From the NCBI GenBank assembly GCA_037443365.1, contig JBBIOM010000003.1:116472-128449 (forward strand): DNA of 11,978 bases. The letters are read 5' to 3'. How positions within the stretch are numbered: position 1 is the first letter of the stretch; the number at the start of each line of letters is the position of its first letter. The stretch is from Armatimonadota bacterium (GTDB lineage: Bacteria > Sysuimicrobiota > Sysuimicrobiia > Sysuimicrobiales > Humicultoraceae). The notes below the pieces were generated by a model. It was not told the DNA's origin and searched no databases. It worked only from the letters and a program-made list of their open reading frames with translations. Shown here piece by piece: positions 1-7,346 of the stretch. The position numbers were made by a program, and so were the translations under genes.

Positions 1-2
1 TG

Positions 3-650
3 GGGTTCGCGTCGTGGCTGCTGGCGAGCGTCGCGCTCAAGGGCAACTACGAGGCGCGTGCTGCAGGCGAGCGCCAGGCCGACACAAACCGTCGGCTCGA
101 GGAGGCGCTTGTGGCCGTTGAACGCCTGTCAATAACAGACCCGCTCACCGGGCTCTACAATAGACGGCACTTCAGGATACGCCTCGAGGAGGAGTTCAAG
201 CGCGAAGCCCGCGACGCCACGCCGTTCAGCCTGCTGTTGCTCGACCTGAGGGGCTTCAAGGCCGTCAACGACAACCACGGTCACTTGGCCGGAGACGTCG
301 TCCTCCAGCAGCTTGCGCGGCTACTGGACGGCGCGGTGCGTCCGGGCGATCTGGTCTTCCGGTACGGGGGGGACGAGTTTGCCGTGGTCATGCCCCGGAC
401 CGCGCGCCGGAGCGCTGAGGCGGCCGCGGCCCGCCTGGGGGCCCTGGTGGCCCAGACCCCGTTCCTGGTTGGCGTCAAGCGCCTGTTCCTCGATCTCGAT
501 GCCGGCATTGCCGTGGCCACAGAGGACGGGACCGACGCCGACTCGCTCATCCACTGCGCGGATGCCGCCATGTACGCCGCACGTGAGCGCCGGCGGTCGC
601 ATCCGGCGCCGGAAGGCGGCGCCGGCGGCGGGCCGGTCGTGGACGGGTGA
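3..650 (+). CDS. GGDEF-domain diguanylate cyclase, 5'-truncated by the window edge (probably membrane-anchored)
   Basis: The frame of ORF 111..650 stays open back to position 3 (GFASWLLASVALKGNYEARAAGERQADTNRRLEEALVAVERLS): the end of a hydrophobic segment followed by a coiled-coil-like linker. Motifs: TDPLTGLYNRR, LLLLDLRGFKAVNDNHGHLAGD, I-site RPGD, RYGGDEF, ADAAMY. Confidence 0.95.
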   Translation, partial: GFASWLLASVALKGNYEARAAGERQADTNRRLEEALVAVERLSITDPLTGLYNRRHFRIRLEEEFKREARDATPFSLLLLDLRGFKAVNDNHGHLAGDVVLQQLARLLDGAVRPGDLVFRYGGDEFAVVMPRTARRSAEAAAARLGALVAQTPFLVGVKRLFLDLDAGIAVATEDGTDADSLIHCADAAMYAARERRRSHPAPEGGAGGGPVVDG

Positions 651-1159
651 GTTGCGCCGGTGTGCTAGCGCAGGTGCAGCACTGGCTGGCCGGCCTCAGC
701 GTGTTCGAGCAGGCGCTGGGAGTGGTCGCGCTGACGCTTGTTCCGTGGATCGAACTGCGCGGCTCGATCCCGCTTGGGATCGCGCTCGGGCTGCATCCCC
801 TGACGGCCATGACGATTGCGGTGGTGGCCAACTGCGCCATCATCATCCCCGGGTACTGGGCGCTCGAGCTGTTCTACGACCGGTGGCTCTCGCGCATCGC
901 GCCAGTTCGGCGCGGCGTCGTGCGCGTCCGGGCGCGGGGCGCGGGGCTGGTCGAGCGGTACGAACTCCTGGGCCTGGCGCTGTTCGTCGCCATCCCGCTG
1001 CCAGGCACCGGGGCCTATTCGGGAACCCTGCTGGCGTGGCTGATGGGCTTGAACAGGCCGCGCGCATGGCTCGCGATCGCCTCCGGCGTAGCGCTGGCGG
1101 GCGTGGCCGTCACGCTGGTCGCGTCCGGGGCACTTGTGGCGCTGCGGCGGTTGCTTTAG
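647..1159 (+). CDS. COG2426 / putative small multidrug export family membrane protein
   Basis: Hydrophobic 170 aa protein with family motifs PWIELRGSIPLG and LFVAIPLPGTGAYSG. The GTG start overlaps the upstream TGA (GTGA at 647-650). The exact start is uncertain. Confidence 0.85.
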   Translation: MSCAGVLAQVQHWLAGLSVFEQALGVVALTLVPWIELRGSIPLGIALGLHPLTAMTIAVVANCAIIIPGYWALELFYDRWLSRIAPVRRGVVRVRARGAGLVERYELLGLALFVAIPLPGTGAYSGTLLAWLMGLNRPRAWLAIASGVALAGVAVTLVASGALVALRRLL

Positions 1160-1162
1160 AAT
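1134..1162 (+). promoter_or_regulatory. Putative sigma70-type promoter for the ABC transporter operon
   Basis: TTGTGG (1134-1139), 17-bp spacer, TAGAAT (1157-1162). The -10 overlaps the TAG stop of the upstream gene and lies in a locally AT-richer stretch. Confidence 0.55.
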
Positions 1163-1200
1163 GAAGACTCAAGGTACCTGAGAACCGATCTCGGTCAACG

Positions 1201-1208
1201 AAGGAGGT
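1201..1208 (+). promoter_or_regulatory. Shine-Dalgarno sequence for the substrate-binding protein
   Basis: AAGGAGGT, 10 nt upstream of GTG 1219. Confidence 0.85.
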
Positions 1209-1218
1209 ATCAGATCGC

Positions 1219-2778
1219 GTGCGAAGAGTCCTGGCCCTGATGGCTGCCATTGCCCTTACCGGCGCGCTCGTGATCTCCGCGGCCGCGGCGCCGGCGGTGA
1301 CGCCCACGCGCGGCGGGACGCTCATCGTCGGATCTGGGGTGGACGCGGTGACGCTCGACGCGCCCATGATCACCGATTCCCCGAGCGCGACCGTCTCAGA
1401 GCACATGGTCGAGTCCCTCTACCGGCTCACCCCCGAGGGACGGATCGTGCCCATGCTGGCCCTTGGGCACACGGTGTCCGCGGACGGCCGGACGTGGACG
1501 GTTCGACTGCGCACGGGTGTCCGGTTCCACGACGGGACCCCATTCGACGCCGAGGCGGCCAAGTTCAACCTGGACCGCATGCTCGACCCGGCCACCCGCG
1601 CTCCGTTCAGGTTCCTGATCAGCCGCATCACGAGCGTTACCGTCGTTGACTCCTCGACGATCCGCCTGGTCACCGACGCCCCGTTCGCGCCGCTGCTGGC
1701 CCACTTCACCCACAGTTCCGTCGGGATGCAGAGCCCTACCGCCGTCCGCCGGCTGGGAGTGGACTACGCCCGGCAGCCCGTTGGAACCGGCCCGTTCAGG
1801 TTCAAGGAATGGGTGCGCGGCGATCGCGTGGTGATGACCCGCAACGACGACTACTGGGGGGAGAAGGCGTTCCTCGACGAGGTGCAGTTCCGCGTGATCC
1901 CGGATGACGGCGCGCGCGTGGCCGCGCTGGAAGCGGGCTCGATTCACGTTGCGGTGCGCGTGCCCCCGCGAGAGATAGAGCGGCTGAAGACGGCCCGGGA
2001 CTTCACCGTCTCGGTCACCGACAGCCTGCGCACGATCTACGTTGGCTTCAACGTGACGCGGCCGCCCTTCAATGACGTACGCCTCCGCCGGGCGCTGAAC
2101 CACGCGGTGAACAAGCGCGCGATTGTGGCAGGCGCCTTGTACGGAACGGCCCGCGTCTCCGATGCTCCGATTGTCCCTGCCGTTGAGGGCTACTCCAAGA
2201 TCATGACCTATGATTGGGACCTGGAGAGGGCCGAGGCGCTGCTGCGCGAGGCCGGCTTCAGCAGGGCCCGGCCCCTGCGCGCCGTGTTCCTCCATCCTTC
2301 CGGGCGGTACATCCGCGACGCCGAGATCGCCGCCAGCATCCAGGGCCTCGTGCGCCGGGCTGGCATCGAGCTCGAGCTCAGGACCATGGAGTGGGGGGCC
2401 TACCTGGCCCTAACCAACCGGCCGCAACCCGAGAACGATGTCCAGATGTACATGCTCGGGTGGGGTACAGTGACCGGGGACGCCGACTACGGCCTCTACG
2501 CCTTGTTCCACTCGTCGCAGTGGGTGCCGACGGGCTCCAACCGTAGCTTCTACAAGAACGAGCGCGTTGATGCGCTGCTCGATCGTGGCCGAATCACGGT
2601 TGATCAGGCGGAGCGCAACAAGATCTACGCTGAGGCGATGAAGACCATCATGGACGACGCGCCCTGGCTGTTCCTGCACAGCGAGTCGCAGGTAACCGGC
2701 ATCAGGCACGTCGCGCAGGGTGTGATCGTTCACCCCGCGGAGCGCGTCGAGCTCTTCAAGGCCTGGCTGCGGCGTTAG
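1219..2778 (+). CDS. ABC transporter substrate-binding protein, family 5 (peptide/nickel/glutathione; DppA/OppA/GsiB-like)
   Basis: Sec signal peptide (MRRVLALMAAIALTGALVISAAAA, no lipobox). Motifs: RGGTL, LRTGVRFHDGTPFDAEA, PVGTGPFRFKEWVRGDRVVMTRNDDYWG, PFNDVRLRRALNHAVNK, NRSFYKNERVDALLD. Strong SD. Confidence 0.96.
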   Translation: MRRVLALMAAIALTGALVISAAAAPAVTPTRGGTLIVGSGVDAVTLDAPMITDSPSATVSEHMVESLYRLTPEGRIVPMLALGHTVSADGRTWTVRLRTGVRFHDGTPFDAEAAKFNLDRMLDPATRAPFRFLISRITSVTVVDSSTIRLVTDAPFAPLLAHFTHSSVGMQSPTAVRRLGVDYARQPVGTGPFRFKEWVRGDRVVMTRNDDYWGEKAFLDEVQFRVIPDDGARVAALEAGSIHVAVRVPPREIERLKTARDFTVSVTDSLRTIYVGFNVTRPPFNDVRLRRALNHAVNKRAIVAGALYGTARVSDAPIVPAVEGYSKIMTYDWDLERAEALLREAGFSRARPLRAVFLHPSGRYIRDAEIAASIQGLVRRAGIELELRTMEWGAYLALTNRPQPENDVQMYMLGWGTVTGDADYGLYALFHSSQWVPTGSNRSFYKNERVDALLDRGRITVDQAERNKIYAEAMKTIMDDAPWLFLHSESQVTGIRHVAQGVIVHPAERVELFKAWLRR

Positions 2779-2811
2779 CGCAGAGTAGCGAAGCGATCAG
2801 GAAGGAAGGAC

Positions 2812-2841
2812 GAGGGGGAGGGGGTCTGTGCCCTCCCCTTC
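2812..2841 (+). promoter_or_regulatory. Intercistronic stem-loop after the binding-protein gene (mRNA stabiliser or partial attenuator)
   Basis: GAGGGGGAGGG (2812-2822) pairs with CCCTCCCCTTC (2831-2841): 11 bp including one G-U, 8-nt loop. No U-tract follows. Confidence 0.65.
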
Positions 2842-2856
2842 TCACGGCTACTGAAG

Positions 2857-3777
2857 ATGTGGGCGTACATCACCAAGAGGCTCCTGCTCTCAGTCCCCGT
2901 CATCCTCGGCGTGGCGTTCATGGTCTTCGCGATGGTGCGGGTGCTTCCCGGCGATCCTGCGCGGATCATCGCCGGAGAGGCGGCGACCCAGGAGATAGTC
3001 GAGGGCATCCGCAAGGACATGGGCCTGGACCAGCCCCTGCTGAGGCAGTTCGCCACGTTCGCGATGAGCGTGCTGCGAGGCGACTTCGGGCGCTCGGTGC
3101 GCTCCAAGGCGCCCGTGGGCGGCGAGATCGCGGCGCGCCTGCCCAACACCATCAGGCTGGCGACGGCCGGATTGGGCATCGCCGTCCTCGTCGGGGTCTC
3201 GGCCGGCGTCATATCGGCCATCCGTCCCTATTCGTTGATAGACACGGCAGTCATGCTCGTGGCCCTGGCCGGGCTCTCGATGCCGGTGTTCTGGTCTGGA
3301 TTGATGCTGATCCTGGTCTTCGCAGTCTGGCTCAAGTGGCTGCCCGCCGTCGGAACCGGGGGCATTGAGCACCTCGTGCTGCCCGCGGTCACGCTGGGAA
3401 TGTCAACGGCCGCCATCATAGCGCGGATGTCCCGATCGAGCATGCTGGAGGTCTTGCGGTCCGACTACATCCGCACGGCACGCGCCAAGGGGCTGGCCGA
3501 GGCCGCCGTCGTCAACCGCCACGCGTTCCGCAACGCCCTGATCCCGGTCATCACGGTGGTCGGACTGCAGATGGGCACGCTGCTCTCAGGCGCCGTGCTG
3601 ACCGAAACCGTGTTCGCGTGGCCGGGCATCGGGCGGCTCCTGGTTGAGGGCATCCTGGCCCGCGACTACCCGATTGTGCAGGCCTCTGTGCTCGTGGTCG
3701 CGATGGCCTTTGTGATGGTCAATCTCACGGTTGACGTTCTGTACGCGGTCGTGGATCCGCGGATCCACTATGACTGA
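2857..3777 (+). CDS. Peptide/nickel ABC transporter permease (DppB/OppB/GsiC-like)
   Basis: MWAYITKRLL start, PGDPARIIAG, GLDQPL, GDFGRS, EAA-loop region RSSMLEVLRSDYIRTARAKGL, HAFRNALIP, ETVFAWPGIG, RDYP, DPRI end. Confidence 0.96.
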   Translation: MWAYITKRLLLSVPVILGVAFMVFAMVRVLPGDPARIIAGEAATQEIVEGIRKDMGLDQPLLRQFATFAMSVLRGDFGRSVRSKAPVGGEIAARLPNTIRLATAGLGIAVLVGVSAGVISAIRPYSLIDTAVMLVALAGLSMPVFWSGLMLILVFAVWLKWLPAVGTGGIEHLVLPAVTLGMSTAAIIARMSRSSMLEVLRSDYIRTARAKGLAEAAVVNRHAFRNALIPVITVVGLQMGTLLSGAVLTETVFAWPGIGRLLVEGILARDYPIVQASVLVVAMAFVMVNLTVDVLYAVVDPRIHYD

Positions 3778-4702
3778 GCCCGGGAAGATCGGCCTTCCGG
3801 GGGACTCCGCGGCGCCCGTTCCGGCCCAGGCCGCGCTTCGCTGGAGCGCCGTGCGGCCTTCGCGCTCGCGCCTCCGGATGGTGTGGGGCCAGTTCCGGCG
3901 CAACAGGGCCGGCCTGGCGGGCCTGGCCATTCTGGCGCTCTTTCTCTGCGCGGGGCTATTTGCGACGGTGCTGGCGCCGTACGATCCCTACGAGATCGAG
4001 CTCGAATCCGGCCTGAAGGGGCCAAGCCCCGGACACCTGCTGGGACAGGACGAGCTGGGGCGCGACTTGCTGAGCCGCGTGATCTACGGCGCGCGCCTGT
4101 CGCTCGTGATCGGCGTCATCGCCGTCTCCATCGGTGTGGGCGTGGGCGTTCCGATCGGCGCAATATCGGGCTACTTCGGCGGGCTGCCCGACCTTCTGGT
4201 ACAGCGTTTGATTGACATCATGCTGGCGTTTCCGGGCGTGCTTTTGGCGATCGTGCTTGTTGCCATCATGGGAGTGGGACTCGTGCAGGTCATGGTGGCG
4301 GTTGGGATCGTCTCAATCCCCGTGTATGCCCGGCTCGTTCGCGGACAGGTCCTCTCGCTGCGCGCGCAGGAGTTCGTGGACGCGGCGCGGGCGGTGGGAG
4401 CCACCAGCGTCCGGATCATCTGGCGCCACGTCCTGCCCAACACGCTGGCCGTGATCATCGTGCAGTCAACGTTGCAGATTGCCTCGGCGATTCTCTCGGC
4501 GGCCGCCCTGGGCTTCCTGGGCCTCGGCGCCCAGCCGCCGGCCGCGGAATGGGGCTCGATGCTGAGCAACGCCAGGCAGTACATCCGCCTGGCGCCGCAC
4601 AGCGTCATGTTCCCCGGGCTGGCCATCATGCTGACCGTGCTCGGATTCAACCTGCTCGGTGACGCGATAAGGGACGCTTTGGACCCCCGGATGCGCATCT
4701 GA
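3770..4702 (+). CDS. Peptide/nickel ABC transporter permease (DppC/OppC/GsiD-like)
   Basis: HLLGQDELGRDLLSRVIYGARLSL, EFVDAARAVGA, RHVLPN, LGFLGLGAQPPAAEWGSML, GFNLLGDAIRDALDPR. ATG 3770, which overlaps the upstream gene by 8 nt, is preferred over the ORF-track start at 3731. ATG 3878 is an alternative. Confidence 0.95.
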   Translation: MTEPGKIGLPGDSAAPVPAQAALRWSAVRPSRSRLRMVWGQFRRNRAGLAGLAILALFLCAGLFATVLAPYDPYEIELESGLKGPSPGHLLGQDELGRDLLSRVIYGARLSLVIGVIAVSIGVGVGVPIGAISGYFGGLPDLLVQRLIDIMLAFPGVLLAIVLVAIMGVGLVQVMVAVGIVSIPVYARLVRGQVLSLRAQEFVDAARAVGATSVRIIWRHVLPNTLAVIIVQSTLQIASAILSAAALGFLGLGAQPPAAEWGSMLSNARQYIRLAPHSVMFPGLAIMLTVLGFNLLGDAIRDALDPRMRI

Positions 4703-4719
4703 GCGGGGTCCATAGCAGG

Positions 4720-4735
4720 CGTGCGAAACCGCACG
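4720..4735 (+). other. Small hairpin directly upstream of the speD ribosome-binding site
   Basis: CGTGCG-AAAC-CGCACG is a perfect 6-bp stem, followed by a tandem SD (GGAGGTGGAGG, 4741-4751). Confidence 0.45.
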
Positions 4736-4751
4736 TGGGGGGAGGTGGAGG

Positions 4752-5228
4752 ATGGATCCGGTCGGGCACCACTACATCGTTGAGGCCTCGGGGTGCAATC
4801 CAGAGATAATCGGCAAGGTCGAGACGGTTGAGCAGGTCCTGGTGCGCGCGGCCGAGGTCGCGCAGGTCACCGTCTGGTCGATCTCCTTCCACCGGTTCAA
4901 TCCCAACGGCGTCTCCGGCGTGGTCGTCATCTCCGAATCACACCTCTCCGTCCACACCTGGCCGGAATTCGGATACGTTGCTCTCGACATCTTCACCTGC
5001 GGCAACGACGCCAAGCCCGAGGCGGCGGTCGAGCACGCGCTCCGGGAGTTTGGGGCGCGGACGATGCACATAACCGAGGTGACCCGGGGACTGGAGGAGG
5101 GAGACCGCCAGTACTTCCACAGCATCGTCACCTGGGAGGAAACCCTGCCCACGAAGGAGGACAGGAGACGATCGAAGGCGGTCAGGCGCCCCAAGCGGCC
5201 GTCGCGCGCGGCGTCCCGACCCCGCTGA
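4752..5228 (+). CDS. speD: S-adenosylmethionine decarboxylase family proenzyme (class 1b, pyruvoyl-dependent; SpeD/SpeH)
   Basis: FHRFNPNGVSGVVVISE|SHLSVHTWPEFGYVALDIFTCG, with self-cleavage site Glu62-Ser63 (4935-4940), His68 and Cys83. Strong SD. Substrate specificity cannot be proven from sequence. Confidence 0.93.
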   Translation: MDPVGHHYIVEASGCNPEIIGKVETVEQVLVRAAEVAQVTVWSISFHRFNPNGVSGVVVISESHLSVHTWPEFGYVALDIFTCGNDAKPEAAVEHALREFGARTMHITEVTRGLEEGDRQYFHSIVTWEETLPTKEDRRRSKAVRRPKRPSRAASRPR

Positions 5229-5268
5229 TTGCGGCGCGTCCGGGACGGCGCTGCGGCGGAGGACTCGA

Positions 5269-6162
5269 GTGGCCTTGCTTTCCGTGATCCTGCCCATAGT
5301 CTTGCTGATCGCGGCCGGGTACGTGACCGCCCGCCTCATCCCAATCGAGGTGCACTCGCTCTCCCGCGTCACGATGTACCTGCTGACGCCGAGCCTGGTG
5401 TTCGCGGCGCTTGTGCGCACCGACGTGTCGGCGGCGGCCGCCGCCAGGCTGATTGGGCTCATCGTCGCGCACTTCGCCGTCATGCTCATCCTCGCCCTGA
5501 TCGCGGGGCGCCTGCTGCGGCTCGAGCCGGTCGAGCGAAGCGCGCTGGCGGTGGTGGCGGTCCTCTACAACGCGGGCAACTACGGGCTCCCTGTGAGCCT
5601 GTTCGCGTTCGGCGAGGAAGGGGTGCGCCTTGCCACGCTCATCTTCGTGGTCTCGGCCATTCTCATGCACTCCGTTGGGGTGTTCCTGGCCTCATCCGGC
5701 CGGAACAACCCCGCCCGCGCAGCCCTTGACATCTTCCGGCTGCCGCTCATCTACGCCGCGCTTGCGGGCACCCTCTTCGCGTATCGGGACTGGACGGTGC
5801 CGGTCGCGCTGTGGCGCCCGATCGAGCTCATGGCGCAGGGAGCGATCCCGCTGCTCCTCATTACGCTGGGGGTGCAGTTGTTCCAGGCGCGCCCCTCGGG
5901 CGTGAACGCGCCGCTGGGGGCGGCTGCCGTGCTGCGGCTCGCGGTCTCCCCCCTGCTGACCGTAGCGTTGGCGCCCTGGTTCGGCATCGCCGGATTGCCG
6001 CGCGACGTCGCCGTGCTCTCCACGGCGATGCCGACAGCGGTCAACGCGTTCCTGATCGCGGCGCAGTTCGACTCCGCCCCGACGTTCGTGGCCAGCGCTG
6101 TCTTCCTGACAACCGTCGCGAGCTTCGTCTCGGTTTCGATAGTCCTGGCGGTGCTGGCGTGA
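5269..6162 (+). CDS. AEC (auxin efflux carrier) family transporter
   Basis: About 10 hydrophobic segments. ILPIVLLIAAGY start, YLLTPSLVF, NAGNYGLP, IPLLLITLGVQL, AMPTAVN crossover motif. SD GGAGGA at 5258-5263 before GTG. Confidence 0.92.
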   Translation: MALLSVILPIVLLIAAGYVTARLIPIEVHSLSRVTMYLLTPSLVFAALVRTDVSAAAAARLIGLIVAHFAVMLILALIAGRLLRLEPVERSALAVVAVLYNAGNYGLPVSLFAFGEEGVRLATLIFVVSAILMHSVGVFLASSGRNNPARAALDIFRLPLIYAALAGTLFAYRDWTVPVALWRPIELMAQGAIPLLLITLGVQLFQARPSGVNAPLGAAAVLRLAVSPLLTVALAPWFGIAGLPRDVAVLSTAMPTAVNAFLIAAQFDSAPTFVASAVFLTTVASFVSVSIVLAVLA

Positions 6163-7340
6163 GCCATGGACGGCCGCGAGCGCTCGCTTGGTCGCGCCTC
6201 GCGCCGCTCAGCCTGGCCCACTTCACAAACGACCTGTACGCCGCGTTCCTGGCGCCCCTGCTGCCGCTCGTCGTCGCCAAGTTCGGTCTCTCCCTGGCGC
6301 TCGCCGGGCTGTTGGGCAGCACCTACAACCTCGCGTCGGCCTTCTCTCAACCCTTCTTCGGCATGGCGGCAGATCGCACCTCGAGGCCAGTGTTCACCAT
6401 CCTCGGCCCGCTTGTCACGGTGGTGATGATGGGGCTGCTCGGGTTCTCGCCTTCCTACCAGGCGATGCTAGCGGTGCTCTTCATCGCGGGCCTGGGGACC
6501 GCGTCGTTTCATCCCCAATCGTTCGCCGTGGCCGGGGCCGCAAGCGGAGATCATCGGGGGGCGGGGCTTTCCATATTCATCGCCGGCGGCGAGCTGGGGT
6601 ACTCGCTGGGCCCGGTCTACGTGGCGGCGATCGTGGGCGCGGTCGGGCTCTCGGGGACCGCGATCGCGGCCCTGCCCGGCCTGGTGATCTGCCTGCTGCT
6701 CTGGAGGCACCTCGCCCCCTGGCGGGCCGAGATCGTTCCGGCCACCCGGGAAGACCTGCAAGGCGACCTCCGGCGGCACTGGAGGGCCCTGGCGCTCATC
6801 TGGCTCGTTGTGGTGATCAGGAGCGTGGTTACGCTCGGGCACATCCTGTTCATCCCGCTGCTCCTGCGCGCCCGCGGCGATACGCTTGTCATGGGCGGCA
6901 CCGCGATCCTCCTCTTCGGTGGTGTCGGATCGATCGGCGGCCTGATCGGCGGGGCGCTCTCCGACCGGATCGGACGGCGCGCCGTCATGGCGATCTCACT
7001 GATCGCAACCGCCCCGCTGCTCCTGATGTTCGGCTGGATAGAGGGCGCGTGGGGCCTGGTGCCGCTGGCCCTGGGCGGCTTCACGCTCTTCCTCGCGGCC
7101 CCGGTCAGCATCGTGATGGCCCAGGAGATGTTCCCCAGGCGCGCGAGCCTCGCGAGCAGCCTGGTGACCGGGATGTCGTGGGGAACCGCGGGCCTTTCCA
7201 TGACGGCACTCGGCGCGATCGCCGACAAGGTCGGACTGGCGCAGACCCTTTCGGCGAGTGTCGGCCTGTTCGCGATCGCGCTGCCGGCAATCTGGGCTCT
7301 GCCGGCGTCTCCGAAGAGGGTCAGGATAGGGCCGGTCTGA
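6159..7340 (+). CDS. MFS transporter, Fsr (fosmidomycin-resistance)-like family
   Basis: LAHFTNDLY..LAPLLP, SQPFFGMAADR, GLGTASFHP, GGELGYSLGP and motif A GGALSDRIGRR. The true start is probably GTG 6159 (GTGA overlap with the AEC stop), not 5811. Confidence 0.92.
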   Translation: MSHGRPRALAWSRLAPLSLAHFTNDLYAAFLAPLLPLVVAKFGLSLALAGLLGSTYNLASAFSQPFFGMAADRTSRPVFTILGPLVTVVMMGLLGFSPSYQAMLAVLFIAGLGTASFHPQSFAVAGAASGDHRGAGLSIFIAGGELGYSLGPVYVAAIVGAVGLSGTAIAALPGLVICLLLWRHLAPWRAEIVPATREDLQGDLRRHWRALALIWLVVVIRSVVTLGHILFIPLLLRARGDTLVMGGTAILLFGGVGSIGGLIGGALSDRIGRRAVMAISLIATAPLLLMFGWIEGAWGLVPLALGGFTLFLAAPVSIVMAQEMFPRRASLASSLVTGMSWGTAGLSMTALGAIADKVGLAQTLSASVGLFAIALPAIWALPASPKRVRIGPV

Positions 7341-7346
7341 TCTTGC

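Noticed and set aside
366..372. G7 run inside the GGDEF codons as a phase-variation tract
   Set aside because: It is short, explained by Gly-Gly-Asp codons, and the frame is intact.
313..1164. Alternative-frame plus-strand ORFs (313-1164, 2859-3368, 5229-5729, 6188-7369)
   Set aside because: Arg/Pro/Gly-rich off-frame translations with no family motifs; stop codons are scarce at this GC content.
1161..1181. Mini-ORF MKTQGT upstream of the SBP gene as a leader peptide
   Set aside because: It has no SD, its ATG lies within the predicted -10 box, and there are no regulatory codon runs or attenuator structure.
1396..2295. 299-aa antisense ORF inside the SBP gene, and similar antisense ORFs (4171-4734, 6617-7228, 8082-8852, 10684-11337, 11246-11926)
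   Set aside because: These are shadow ORFs expected in high-GC coding DNA. They have no recognisable motifs and overlap well-supported genes on the other strand.
5811..6158. Apparent 116-aa N-terminal extension of the MFS transporter
   Set aside because: It overlaps the AEC gene in another frame. MFS similarity starts only after GTG 6159.
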